Part shown: in pieces, positions 49,572 through 59,752 of the stretch
How the letters are laid out: the number at the start of each line of letters is the position of its first letter
How positions within the stretch are numbered: the stretch's first letter is position 1
IMG/VR virus record: IMGVR_UViG_3300031687_001264
Length of the DNA stretch: 64,000 bases
Strand: one strand, 5' to 3'
DNA from: a virus
Taxonomy: Duplodnaviria; Heunggongvirae; Uroviricota; Caudoviricetes
The notes under the pieces: model-generated
What the model was told of the DNA's origin: nothing
The model's database searches: none
What the model saw: only the letters and a program-made list of their open reading frames with translations
Program-made: the position numbers and the translations under genes

Positions 49572-49884
49572 TACGAGAATTTATTCGGGGTAGGTTAATA
49601 AAGAACGCTGTTTCAATCTTATCAATATCGGTTGTAGACAACCATGCGGTGATAGCAAGACGATAGCAATCAGATGCATGATCTAACTCAAATCTTATAT
49701 CAAGATTATTAGGGTCTTCTATATTACATAGATGTTTACCTAAAGCATCATTCACATACCAATCAGATAGATATGGGTAATATCCCATCTTCTCACGTGG
49801 TGGTGTTTCTGCGTGTATCTGATATTCGTAACGTGAGATGGTTATTACATGTACGGTAACGTGTAGCATTTCTATTATTTTCAT
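49546..49884 (-). CDS. hypothetical protein
   Basis: ORF only. Confidence 0.4.
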   Translation of the reverse strand: MKIIEMLHVTVHVITISRYEYQIHAETPPREKMGYYPYLSDWYVNDALGKHLCNIEDPNNLDIRFELDHASDCYRLAITAWLSTTDIDKIETAFFINLPRINSRNDTKYKYE

Positions 49885-49920
49885 AAAGAATATTATAACA
49901 CAATAATGATACTACGTCAA

Positions 49921-50550
49921 CTAGATTATTCCGCGTCTTTCTAACCATTCCAATATTTCATTATTATCAAACTCTGGTGCGCGACGATGCGTTTCTGTAA
50001 GACTATCCCAATCTCGCAATGCTGGATGCGTTTTTTCTGATGAATTGAAATAAGATCCATGTCTCCAACCTTCAGACACTTTCTCACTAACCCAGCGATT
50101 ATGATGCCACTTCTTCATATCAAACACTGCTTGATTTTTTACATCTTCATCAATATGAACTGAACTATCCATACTTCCCATTATACCAGCATCATATTGA
50201 CTAGACAATTCAATATCAAAATCACCATCAAATTGATAATCCCAGACATTAACAATAAACAATGCTTCTTCTGCTGTGATATCACGTGTTAACGGGACAA
50301 CATATGTATGAGGGAAATCGCAATCTGCACAATGACCATACTCCATGCCTATTAGATCTTCACCTAACTGATACTTTAATACTGTTTCAATTGGTGAAAA
50401 TTCCTTAACTGCCTTATACCAAGTTAATGCTTGTACTTGTGTTAACGGCTCTGCTGTTTTTAATTGAATGTGATGCTGATAATACATTTTACTTAATCCT
50501 TTTGTTTTTATGTTTTTTGTGAATCTGAACTCACATACAGACCAAACCAT
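49921..50550 (-). CDS. hypothetical protein
   Basis: ORF only. Confidence 0.45.
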   Translation of the reverse strand: MVWSVCEFRFTKNIKTKGLSKMYYQHHIQLKTAEPLTQVQALTWYKAVKEFSPIETVLKYQLGEDLIGMEYGHCADCDFPHTYVVPLTRDITAEEALFIVNVWDYQFDGDFDIELSSQYDAGIMGSMDSSVHIDEDVKNQAVFDMKKWHHNRWVSEKVSEGWRHGSYFNSSEKTHPALRDWDSLTETHRRAPEFDNNEILEWLERRGII

Positions 50551-50801
50551 GCTGCGCCTGCACCCACTATGACTGATACTAATCCCGCTTGTGCCATGTT
50601 AGGATCTTCTAGTAGCATGAACCATTGCGATACATCATATAACAAATAGATATATACACTAATGAATGCTCTTGGAAACAATCTCAATCTATCAAACCAA
50701 TATGGAAATGCTTCTAGCATACTTACTTTACCGTCTTCATTTAAATCTGTATTTGACATATTTACTTCCTCTATTATATGATAGTATTTATATAAAGTCA
50801 A
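50508..50801 (-). CDS. small membrane protein
   Basis: Exact TATAAATA late promoter upstream. Two transmembrane segments. Confidence 0.45.
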   Translation of the reverse strand: MTLYKYYHIIEEVNMSNTDLNEDGKVSMLEAFPYWFDRLRLFPRAFISVYIYLLYDVSQWFMLLEDPNMAQAGLVSVIVGAGAAWFGLYVSSDSQKT

Positions 50802-50805
50802 GCCG

Positions 50806-50846
50806 TAAAAAAACCGAGCATGCAGGAAAACATACTCGGTTTTTTA
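50806..50846. terminator. bidirectional rho-independent terminator
   Basis: ccgagcatg ... catactcgg hairpin with A7 before and T6 after. Confidence 0.6.
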
Positions 50847-50866
50847 ATTAACTTAAAACGTTAGTC

Positions 50867-51172
50867 TTATAGTCCGCCGTCAGTAACAGTTGCTGCTGCG
50901 AAAACGCCGCCAGTTGCCTGTACTGCTGTTTGTAGGTCTGCTGCTGTCCAAGATGAACCTTCAACATAAACGTTGAATGCGCCTGATGCAAATACGCCAA
51001 GTCCCAATGATGTGCCTTTCATCTGTACTGCTTCGATGAATGCTTCCATGTCTTCGCCTGGTGCTACTTGTGCGTCTGCACCTGTTGCGCCTGCTATTGC
51101 AAAAATTGATACTGTTGCACCAAAGTTAACTACGTTAAATTCGATTTCGTTTGCTGGATTACGTGTTGCCAT
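50867..51172 (-). CDS. small Ala/Gly/Thr-rich putative virion protein (paralog A)
   Basis: Strong RBS aaaggagtc. Flanked by terminators. Paralog of 51293..51559. Confidence 0.55.
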   Translation of the reverse strand: MATRNPANEIEFNVVNFGATVSIFAIAGATGADAQVAPGEDMEAFIEAVQMKGTSLGLGVFASGAFNVYVEGSSWTAADLQTAVQATGGVFAAATVTDGGL

Positions 51173-51244
51173 GTTTATGACTCCTTTTTAATTATCTGTG
51201 CTTTTGCACTATATGTATTTATCTTTTTAATTATTTCTGGCCAA

Positions 51245-51270
51245 TAAAAAACCACCCGAAGGTGGTTTTA
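51245..51270. terminator. bidirectional rho-independent terminator
   Basis: aaccacc-cgaa-ggtggtt with flanking A-run and T-run. Confidence 0.65.
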
Positions 51271-51292
51271 AAATTGTTAATTTCAACTTAGA

Positions 51293-51559
51293 TTAGTATG
51301 CAAGAACTGCTACTGTGTAACCTGTCAATGCTGCTTCTAGGTCTGCTGCTGTCCAAGCGCCGTCATTTTCGATTGCGATGTTAAGAGTAGTATCACCAAG
51401 TGCACCGATTAAAACGATTGTTGCTTTTTGTGCTACTGTCACGGTGATTGCTTCTAGGTCTGTTGCAACGATTGCCCCGCCTGCTGTTAGTGTGAAGTGA
51501 TCTACAGATCCTGTTACGAATTGTCCTACTGCCCATGTGTTGTTTACTTTAGTTGTCAT
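51293..51559 (-). CDS. small Ala/Gly/Thr-rich putative virion protein (paralog B)
   Basis: Shares AWTAADLEAALTG with paralog A (SWTAADLQTAVQATG). Same 5' leader. Confidence 0.55.
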   Translation of the reverse strand: MTTKVNNTWAVGQFVTGSVDHFTLTAGGAIVATDLEAITVTVAQKATIVLIGALGDTTLNIAIENDGAWTAADLEAALTGYTVAVLAY

Positions 51560-51564
51560 AATTT

Positions 51565-51620
51565 GACTCCTTTAATTTTAATTTTGTGTGCTTTTGCACT
51601 AATTGTATTTATCTTTTATT
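51565..51620 (-). promoter_or_regulatory. late promoter (ATAAATAC) plus conserved 5'-UTR hairpin GUGCAAAAGCAC
   Basis: Leader nearly identical to 51178..51230, upstream of paralog A. Confidence 0.5.
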
Positions 51621-51628
51621 GAAAATAA

Positions 51629-54070
51629 TTATCGTGTTACTTCTGTTAGTTCAACAAATACAACCCAGTCTACAGTAGTAGCGGCTGCGCCTTGAACTGT
51701 AACTGTCATTCTATCGTTAACGCTATCGACTGATACTACACCAGTGAATCCAGAATCACTATCTTGTGTTACTTCATAACTATTATTTCCGATTGCAACC
51801 AAATTACCTGCCATCTTGTGAACAATTCCAGTAACTTTAAAACTATCATGTACAGTGCCACTAGTAGCAACATAGGTAGCAGTAAATTTAGCAGTTGTAT
51901 TATCAGATAATGTAATATAAGTACTATCACTAAATGATACTTCTGTTTCTATTGCATCAGTAGTTTGTATTGCAAATACCAAGTCACGTTTCTGTGCAGT
52001 AGTTGATACCCCACTTGCTACTTGTCTAATGTCTGCTCTAAACTCAACATTATGAGTGAAGTTTCTATCACCAGTAATATCTGGTTCTGCCCATCGGTTA
52101 TTAACAAAATCTTCAGTTGCTAACCCGGCAATACTCGGAATATAAGGCTTATTGGCTAGGTCTAAATAATTACCACTAAACAGTACTGGTAAATTTATTA
52201 GCGCATTGTAATCGCCAGTAAACAATGTCGGCGAGTTTGTAAAGTTGTTATAATCTAATGCAAGATCACCTAAGTCAATCTGGTTTCCGTTACTTAATGC
52301 TAATACATTGTCGACTAATGTAAGTGACAACGATGCAGATTGTTCTGTTGGAGTATTGTATAAATCATTATAATCACCACTAAACAATATAGGACGATTC
52401 ACTAAATCATTATAGTTTCCACTAAAGTGGTTTCCGCGTTCTACTAATTTCTGTATTGTCCAACTTTCTCTAGCATATCCTTCTAAATCAATTGTGCCAT
52501 CTGTACTAAATGATGATAATTGCGATGTGACATAATCTTTACTTGCCCAGTTTTCTGATAAGTCTACATTCTCCCACATTGAACTCAATGCATTGTACAT
52601 AAGAGTATGTGTATTTGCTTCTGTACCGTCTATTGCAACATCATTTAAGTCATTTATTGAACTAATGGCAGCGATACTTGCACTGCTAATTGCATTAGTC
52701 ACATATGTTTCTGTTGCCAATCCTGCAATACTTGGGATTGTCGGCGTGTTAGTTAAATCGTTATAATTGGTCGTTCCACCACCGCCTAACAAACTTGTGG
52801 TATCCGTTAAGTCACGTACGTCTGTTGGTATAGTTGGGTGTACGATTGCTGAAATAGCAGTGTTTAGTGAAGTAGTAGTTGCATATGAACTTAAATCAAC
52901 TGTTGGTTGATAATCTGCCAATGATGTTGCTAACTCTGCATCTGTTACATAACTAGACAAATCAATAATACCACCACCAGCGACATTTGCAATTTGTTGA
53001 TCTACATATGAAATCGTTGATAATCCAGCAATACTTGGAATAATTGGCTGATCTGTCAAATCAGTATAACTACCACTGAATATGATAGGTGTACCGATCA
53101 AATCAGCAAAATTGCCACTGAATACTGTAGGCTTGTTAGTTAAATCTGTATAGTCACCACTGAATAAAGAAGTCGTTAATGCATACCCACTTAAATCAAT
53201 AGATGGCTGATAACTTGCTAATGTATTCGCAAGATAACCCGTTGTTACCAAATCTTGTGGTACATTAGTTAGATCAGTATAACTACCACCGAACACAGAC
53301 GATGTCAATGCATATCCTGCAAGCGAACTAGTTAATGAAGTTGAAGTTACATAATCACTAAGATCAGTACCACTTACATTTGCAATTTGCTGATCAACGT
53401 ATGCTATGGTTGAATGCGCAGATAAATCCGTCGTAAGTAGCCCAGTTGTGTCTGTTAATTCATTTACATCAGTTGGCAAACTACTTATCAATGCATGTGC
53501 AGATAAATCAGTTGCTGGATGTGTTACTGCTGCAATTTGTTGATCTACATACGCAATCGTAGATAATCCATCAATACTTGGAATAATTGGTACATTGAGT
53601 AAATCACTATAACTACCACTGAATATTGTAGGTGTGCCAACCAAATCAGCAAAATTTCCACTGAATACAGCAACTGCTGCTACTTGTTGATCTACGTATG
53701 CACTAGTTGCATATGATGCCAATGATGGTGTGTTTGTTACATTGGTATAATCTACAACTGGTACATATGCAGCGAATAATGATTGTACTTGCGCATCGGT
53801 TGCATATGATGACAAATCAATAGCGTCGCCATTGCTTGCACCTGCTATTGCATGGGCATCAATTGCTGAATTAACATCCGCAAGTGAAATGACATCAAGG
53901 TCATTGAAAAACTCACTTAGTGCAAACGTATTACCAGATGCTGGTACATACATTTTCTTTGTTGCGTCATACTTTAATAAATCACCATGCGTTACTCGCA
54001 TTTCGGTATCAACGATACCTGATTGTGATCCATCAGTGACTGCACGTGGCCTTGCTGCGTTAATTGCCAT
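51629..54070 (-). CDS. tail fibre protein with internal repeats
   Basis: 813 aa. Repeated units SG(N/S)(F/Y)xDLxxxPxI(F/P)S and DLSxYATxxxL. Confidence 0.7.
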   Translation of the reverse strand: MAINAARPRAVTDGSQSGIVDTEMRVTHGDLLKYDATKKMYVPASGNTFALSEFFNDLDVISLADVNSAIDAHAIAGASNGDAIDLSSYATDAQVQSLFAAYVPVVDYTNVTNTPSLASYATSAYVDQQVAAVAVFSGNFADLVGTPTIFSGSYSDLLNVPIIPSIDGLSTIAYVDQQIAAVTHPATDLSAHALISSLPTDVNELTDTTGLLTTDLSAHSTIAYVDQQIANVSGTDLSDYVTSTSLTSSLAGYALTSSVFGGSYTDLTNVPQDLVTTGYLANTLASYQPSIDLSGYALTTSLFSGDYTDLTNKPTVFSGNFADLIGTPIIFSGSYTDLTDQPIIPSIAGLSTISYVDQQIANVAGGGIIDLSSYVTDAELATSLADYQPTVDLSSYATTTSLNTAISAIVHPTIPTDVRDLTDTTSLLGGGGTTNYNDLTNTPTIPSIAGLATETYVTNAISSASIAAISSINDLNDVAIDGTEANTHTLMYNALSSMWENVDLSENWASKDYVTSQLSSFSTDGTIDLEGYARESWTIQKLVERGNHFSGNYNDLVNRPILFSGDYNDLYNTPTEQSASLSLTLVDNVLALSNGNQIDLGDLALDYNNFTNSPTLFTGDYNALINLPVLFSGNYLDLANKPYIPSIAGLATEDFVNNRWAEPDITGDRNFTHNVEFRADIRQVASGVSTTAQKRDLVFAIQTTDAIETEVSFSDSTYITLSDNTTAKFTATYVATSGTVHDSFKVTGIVHKMAGNLVAIGNNSYEVTQDSDSGFTGVVSVDSVNDRMTVTVQGAAATTVDWVVFVELTEVTR

Positions 54071-54081
54071 TTTTTAACTCC

Positions 54082-54453
54082 TTAAATCATTAATACTATT
54101 TTGTTTACCGAGCCATGCACTGATGGATCATATGTCTGATCAACCAAATACGTTCTGTCTATTTTTGCACGTACATATACAAAATTACCAACAAATGTGA
54201 CACCTTCTGTTGCCGATGTGCCATCTATCTGCAAATATTCAGTTGCTGTTGCTAATGCAATATTGAACCAATCGGCTTCTGTTGGAGAATCAAGCAATGT
54301 TGCTTGTAACCAAATACGACCCGTGAAATTATTTACATGAAAACTAACGGTATGTAAACCATCACTGTATCCATAAAATCCATCACCTCTGGCTTTATCG
54401 CCTGTGTATGACATTTCTGCCTTGTTTGTTAAAATTACTGTTGAACTAGCCAT
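54082..54453 (-). CDS. hypothetical structural protein
   Basis: ORF directly downstream of the fibre gene. Confidence 0.45.
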   Translation of the reverse strand: MASSTVILTNKAEMSYTGDKARGDGFYGYSDGLHTVSFHVNNFTGRIWLQATLLDSPTEADWFNIALATATEYLQIDGTSATEGVTFVGNFVYVRAKIDRTYLVDQTYDPSVHGSVNKIVLMI

Positions 54454-54462
54454 TTTATTCTT

Positions 54463-54636
54463 GTCCGTCTAATGTTTCAATTTCAATCAATACACCAACA
54501 CCAGCCAATTCTTCAATTACTGCTGTAAGTTGGGCGATTGCTTCGCTATCTAATACTTCTATTGATTCTTCACCATCTTTTAACAATTTACTTGCTTTAA
54601 TCACGATGACTGTTTCTGCTATCTTAGCCATAAGAT
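54463..54636 (-). CDS. 57-aa small protein
   Basis: Not in the ORF track. RBS taggagtatctt and ATAAATACTATT upstream. Confidence 0.35.
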
Positions 54637-54693
54637 ACTCCTATTCTAATAATAGTATTTATCATTAAAGAGATAGCGTTAACTATGTTGTGA

Positions 54694-55167
54694 TTATGGC
54701 GTAGCTGGTACGAATGTAGCGGGGATTAGTTGTATCCATGATGTTCCGTCATATCCTTCAAACATTTTGGTTTCTGTATTGAAAAACATCTGTGCTTCTA
54801 CGGGGTTGGTAGGACGTTGTGCTTCTGTACCTTTTGGTAGTACGAACTCAGTCGTGCTTATATTCATGACATCTGTGTTGATAACAGACGCATTGATTGT
54901 ACCAACGTCTAGTGTACCTTTTACCAGACTTGCGTCCATTGCACTGACATCATTGTTAGTCTGTGAACTTAACGTAATCGAATCAATTAGAATGAATTTT
55001 CCAGAATCGGAATCTTTTATCAGTCCAGCATAAGATGATGCACCGATTCTTCCTAAGAATCCCACATCTTCTGGGGTAGTTCCTGATTTATTTAATATAA
55101 GTAAAGAATCATCAAATGCTGTGTCTGTACTTATTAAATTTGTTGTTTGTATGCCTCTAAATGCCAT
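54694..55167 (-). CDS. tail-fibre-related protein
   Basis: AQRPTNPVEAQMFFNTETKMFEGYDGTSW motif. Late promoter upstream. Confidence 0.45.
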   Translation of the reverse strand: MAFRGIQTTNLISTDTAFDDSLLILNKSGTTPEDVGFLGRIGASSYAGLIKDSDSGKFILIDSITLSSQTNNDVSAMDASLVKGTLDVGTINASVINTDVMNISTTEFVLPKGTEAQRPTNPVEAQMFFNTETKMFEGYDGTSWIQLIPATFVPATP

Positions 55168-55225
55168 TGGATTAATCTCTCTTTATAATAATAGTATTTA
55201 TCATTATAAAGAGAGTACTTAATGA

Positions 55226-56647
55226 TTAGTATTGCATATCTGGATCAATCGCCCAGTGAGTCGTTGGTTGGTCGTGGGTTAACCCACAAGCGATATCGTA
55301 CAGGGTACGCACGCCAAATCCTACTGCACCTTTTGGTGTTGTATCTTTAGGACTATCAGTCCATGCCATTCCAGCAATATCCAAATGCGCCCATGGAGTA
55401 TCACTATCAACGAAACGATATAAGAACTCTGCTGCTGTGGTAGAACCACCATACGGACCACCAATGTTCTGCATATCTGCAATAGGCGAATCAATCATCT
55501 TATTCCATACTTTGCCCATCGGCATACGGAAATAATTCTCTCCCGCATCTGAACCAACTGATGCAATATGACTAGCGAAACCAGTAGAATTACTAAACAA
55601 GCCTGCTGCTTCGTGACCCAGTGTTACCAAAATAGCACCAGTTAATGTTGCCAAATCAATGATCTCTGATGGCTTGTATTCATTTTGTACATATGTTAGA
55701 ATATCAGCAAGTACTAAGCGACCTTCTGCATCTGTATTCAAGTTCTCAACTGTTTGACCATTCAATGACCCAATCACATCTCCTGGACGGGTTGCACCAC
55801 CAGACGGCATGTTTTCTACAAGTCCTACGATTCCTACTACATTGGCTTTTACATTCTGTGAAGCAATTGCATGCATAGCACCAACCACTGCTGCTGAACC
55901 ACCCATGTCAGTCTTCATATCACCCATACCCTTTCCAGGCTTTAGTGAGATACCACCAGAATCAAATGTAACACCTTTTCCTACTAGAGCAAGTGGTGCT
56001 GCATCTGTACCAGCATTCATGTATTCCATCACAACAACATAACTGTCACGATCAGAACCTTCACCAACACTCAATAGTAGATCAAATCCTAGTTTACGTA
56101 GAAACTTCTCATGCATGACCTTTACCGTTACACCTAACGGTGTTAACATTTGGTTGATACGATCCGCGTACTCTTCTGGATACAGTTCGTTACCCGGCTC
56201 AGTAACTAGGTCACGTGCTAAGAATACACTTTCTTCAATGGTTTTTATTGAATCTGTACCGTGAATATATGTAAACGCATCACTTGCGTAATCTGTCTTG
56301 TACTTGCTGAATGAGTATGCAGCAAGACGTGCACCTTCGATGATAGACGCAGAGGTCTTATCATTAAACTCAAAATAAACATGACTGCGCTTTTTATTAT
56401 ATTTGGAAAAACATTTACCACCAAGATTACGGAATTCGTCATCTGTCGCTGCTGTTGTTTTTACAATAAGCACTGCGTGTACAGACAATCCAGATGGATA
56501 TGATACTTCAATCATATCATCATCTTTACTGGAATTGTTCATATCCCATGCTGCTTGTAACTGTCCCTTAGTTGCTTTGTCTAATACTTTGTAATACTTT
56601 GATTTATATTCAACTACGATTGCTGAATTATTTTCATATTCGCTCAC
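55226..56647 (-). CDS. pepA: leucyl aminopeptidase (M17)
   Basis: NTDAEGRLVLAD signature. Confidence 0.85.
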   Translation of the reverse strand: MSEYENNSAIVVEYKSKYYKVLDKATKGQLQAAWDMNNSSKDDDMIEVSYPSGLSVHAVLIVKTTAATDDEFRNLGGKCFSKYNKKRSHVYFEFNDKTSASIIEGARLAAYSFSKYKTDYASDAFTYIHGTDSIKTIEESVFLARDLVTEPGNELYPEEYADRINQMLTPLGVTVKVMHEKFLRKLGFDLLLSVGEGSDRDSYVVVMEYMNAGTDAAPLALVGKGVTFDSGGISLKPGKGMGDMKTDMGGSAAVVGAMHAIASQNVKANVVGIVGLVENMPSGGATRPGDVIGSLNGQTVENLNTDAEGRLVLADILTYVQNEYKPSEIIDLATLTGAILVTLGHEAAGLFSNSTGFASHIASVGSDAGENYFRMPMGKVWNKMIDSPIADMQNIGGPYGGSTTAAEFLYRFVDSDTPWAHLDIAGMAWTDSPKDTTPKGAVGFGVRTLYDIACGLTHDQPTTHWAIDPDMQY

Positions 56648-58920
56648 ACTGCCTCCAGTTCTTTATTTGTTATTAACACTTCACCGTCTGTATAACTGAT
56701 CATCAGTTTTTCAGAGATGGTGTCATTCATAATATGCTTTGCTAATGGTAATTTAATACGCTCGTTAATTAGTCGTGACAGCGGTCGTGCACCCATCGCT
56801 GGATCATAACCTTCTGTTTCAAGGAATACTAATACACTTTCATCCCATTCAATCTCAACACCACGTGCTGCGATATAACCTTCTAATTGTCCCAAGAACT
56901 TTAGTACGATACTGCGCATATATTTTAATTTTAATGCATTAAATTGTACAATACCATCTAAGCGATTTCGGAATTCTGGTGCAAAGAATTTGTTGATTGC
57001 TTCATTAACTGCTAACGCGTTATATGCTTGATCACCAAATCCAATCGCTTTCTTTGAACCTTCACGTGCACCTAAGTTAGATGTCATAATGATGATTGAA
57101 TTCTTACCCGATACCTTTTTACCTGTACTAGACGTGATTACACCATCATCCAATAATGCTAATAATACTGACATAATATCTGGATGTGCTTTTTCTACTT
57201 CGTCTAACAACAATACGCAATTTGGTGAATCTTCCAATGCAGTGATCAACAAACCATCTCCCGCTTTGCCGTCACCATGTCCGACATAACCAGGAGGTGA
57301 ACCGATTAACTTAGATACTGAATGTGCTTCTTGATACTCACTCATATCAAATCGTACAAGTTTCATATCCATCGATTCTGATAATCGCTTCGCTGTTTCA
57401 GTTTTACCAACACCAGTGGGACCAGTGAATAGATAACTTGCGATAGGCTTGTTTGGTTCTTTTAATCCTGCTAAACTAATGGTAATTGAATTGATTACAC
57501 GATTGATCGCTTCTTCTTGTCCAAATACATTGTTTCGTAGGAATGTCTCTACTTGAGTATGTTTATTACTTGTTTGTTCTTCTGCTTTAGTTCCCAAATG
57601 CTCTGCTGGGATACCAGTATAGCGAGATAATTCTGCACGAATTGCTTCGTCAGTTATCAATGTAACTTGATCGTCGCTAGGTTGAATCTTATTGAATGCA
57701 CATGCGCGATCAATTACATCAAATGCCTTATCTGGTAATTTCTTATTAAATACATACTCTGCACTTAAATCAACTGCCAAATCACACGCAGATGGTTCAA
57801 TCTCAAACCCATAATGAATTTCATATGACATTGCTGCATTACGCAGAATCACTTTTGCTTCTTCTACAGATGGTTCTTCAATATTAATCTTAGTGAATCG
57901 TCGTGCCAATGCTGCTTCTTTTTCAAATAATTTACGATATTCTTGATCTGTGGTTGCACCAATTACTTTTAATTTGCCGCTAGATAATGATGGTTTTAGT
58001 AAATTACCTGCGTCCATTCCACCTGACCCGCCACTCGTAGATCCTGCTCCGATCACCATATGAATTTCATCAATGAACAATATGACATCGTCGCGCTTTT
58101 CTAATTCTTCTACAAGTAATTTCATGCGTTCTTCAAAATCACCACGATACTTAGTACCTGCAACCAATTTTGCCATATCGAGCATCAATACTGTTTTGCC
58201 TTTAATAACATCTGGTACTTCATCTTCTACGATAAGTTTTGCTAATCCTTCTACAATAGCAGTTTTACCAACACCACTACCACCTACCAATACTGCATTG
58301 GATTTCTTCTTACGTGCTAATGTTTGTACAAGATCTCGCAACTCATCACGACGACCAACTACATCATCATAATTACTCGATTCTTCATTCATATTAACAG
58401 TGAATTGCTCAAGCGCAGTTGGTGCTGCTGCTTGACGTGATGGTGCACTAGTGGTGCGGGCGCCCGTGCCATCGGACAACGCATCGCCAACTGCCATATT
58501 CACGTCATGTAACCATGCTGACAATGAATGCTTATCTAACCCACACTCGTATGCGTAGTGTGCAGTTACTGATTGCTCTTCTGACAAGATGCTCAACAGT
58601 AAATCAACATTGTTGATTGATTTCTTTCCGTAAAATACAGCCTGTGTCATAGCACGATTGAATACTCGCTCTAACATCTGTGTCTTACGTGGTGTGACCT
58701 CTTCATCTGATGACATAACCAATTCATCGCATTCTGCTGCTAGATAATCTTCAATCGCTATTTGGATACTCTCACAATCTGCTTGTATTTCATAACACAT
58801 AATACGTACTGCTGTGTCATCTAAAATGACCAAAGCCAAATGCTCTAGCGTCACATATTCATGCTTGTGACTTTTCGCTAGATCAATTGCGCGAACTACA
58901 ATGTTTTCAATTTCTGACAT
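56644..58920 (-). CDS. clpA: ClpA-like AAA+ unfoldase (Clp_N domain plus two AAA modules)
   Basis: GVGKTAIVEGLA and GPTGVGKTETAKRL. 758 aa. Confidence 0.85.
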   Translation of the reverse strand: MSEIENIVVRAIDLAKSHKHEYVTLEHLALVILDDTAVRIMCYEIQADCESIQIAIEDYLAAECDELVMSSDEEVTPRKTQMLERVFNRAMTQAVFYGKKSINNVDLLLSILSEEQSVTAHYAYECGLDKHSLSAWLHDVNMAVGDALSDGTGARTTSAPSRQAAAPTALEQFTVNMNEESSNYDDVVGRRDELRDLVQTLARKKKSNAVLVGGSGVGKTAIVEGLAKLIVEDEVPDVIKGKTVLMLDMAKLVAGTKYRGDFEERMKLLVEELEKRDDVILFIDEIHMVIGAGSTSGGSGGMDAGNLLKPSLSSGKLKVIGATTDQEYRKLFEKEAALARRFTKINIEEPSVEEAKVILRNAAMSYEIHYGFEIEPSACDLAVDLSAEYVFNKKLPDKAFDVIDRACAFNKIQPSDDQVTLITDEAIRAELSRYTGIPAEHLGTKAEEQTSNKHTQVETFLRNNVFGQEEAINRVINSITISLAGLKEPNKPIASYLFTGPTGVGKTETAKRLSESMDMKLVRFDMSEYQEAHSVSKLIGSPPGYVGHGDGKAGDGLLITALEDSPNCVLLLDEVEKAHPDIMSVLLALLDDGVITSSTGKKVSGKNSIIIMTSNLGAREGSKKAIGFGDQAYNALAVNEAINKFFAPEFRNRLDGIVQFNALKLKYMRSIVLKFLGQLEGYIAARGVEIEWDESVLVFLETEGYDPAMGARPLSRLINERIKLPLAKHIMNDTISEKLMISYTDGEVLITNKELEAV

Positions 58921-59591
58921 TCTCTTAACCTTAATATAAATTGATCGATACTAGTATCAGTATCTAATGTTGGGATTTTTGTATTTACAATAATGTGCAA
59001 AGCTGCACGCTTCTTTGTTAGTTTATTCATCAATCCCTTTTGTGGAACAACAATAACTTTACCATCTGACGTTCCCGCTGGAATTTCTATTTCTAAATGT
59101 TCATCACACGGACCTACTACTGGAATTACACTGCCTCGCATTGCATCTACAATATCAATTGTGATATTCATTATAAGCGATAAACCGTGTCTTGTCAATG
59201 CTTTATGTGATAATTCTTTGATATTAACAATATATTTGTCAATAGGTGTGTTCACTTTATACTTATCATCTAACTTAGATCCTGCTGGTATTGTTACTTT
59301 TAATATCTCGCCAGTATCTGTCTCAATGTAATCATCTACACCTTCTATCTGCTGCTTGATTGTTAATTTTACATTTACCAAATGTGTATGTGGAGTTACA
59401 ATAATAGGTACAATAGTACTCTTTCGTAATTGCTCGTATGCTACCGCAATACGATTGAAATCAACCGCTTTACCACCACGATCTGGATGATGCTTCATTG
59501 CAAGTTGCTTAAATGCGTGTTTTATCTCTTCCTGGGACGAAGTTGTCGCGATGTTTAGTATATCCCAAGGATTGCTGTTTGTTTGTTTCAT
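58896..59591 (-). CDS. J-domain (DnaJ-like) protein
   Basis: HPDRGG within KHAFKQLAMKHHPDRGG. Confidence 0.7.
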   Translation of the reverse strand: MKQTNSNPWDILNIATTSSQEEIKHAFKQLAMKHHPDRGGKAVDFNRIAVAYEQLRKSTIVPIIVTPHTHLVNVKLTIKQQIEGVDDYIETDTGEILKVTIPAGSKLDDKYKVNTPIDKYIVNIKELSHKALTRHGLSLIMNITIDIVDAMRGSVIPVVGPCDEHLEIEIPAGTSDGKVIVVPQKGLMNKLTKKRAALHIIVNTKIPTLDTDTSIDQFILRLRECQKLKTL

Positions 59592-59752
59592 AGTGTTTCT
59601 TATTGTCGAAATAGTGTGTTCCTATAAACTATTTCGTCAACGTTGCCATATATCTCATTGCTCAACAATGAACAATCACACTTCTAGTGTAACTGTATTT
59701 AACTAGGTTTCTACATGAGTTATACATCACTATATATAAACTGCGTTTTTTA

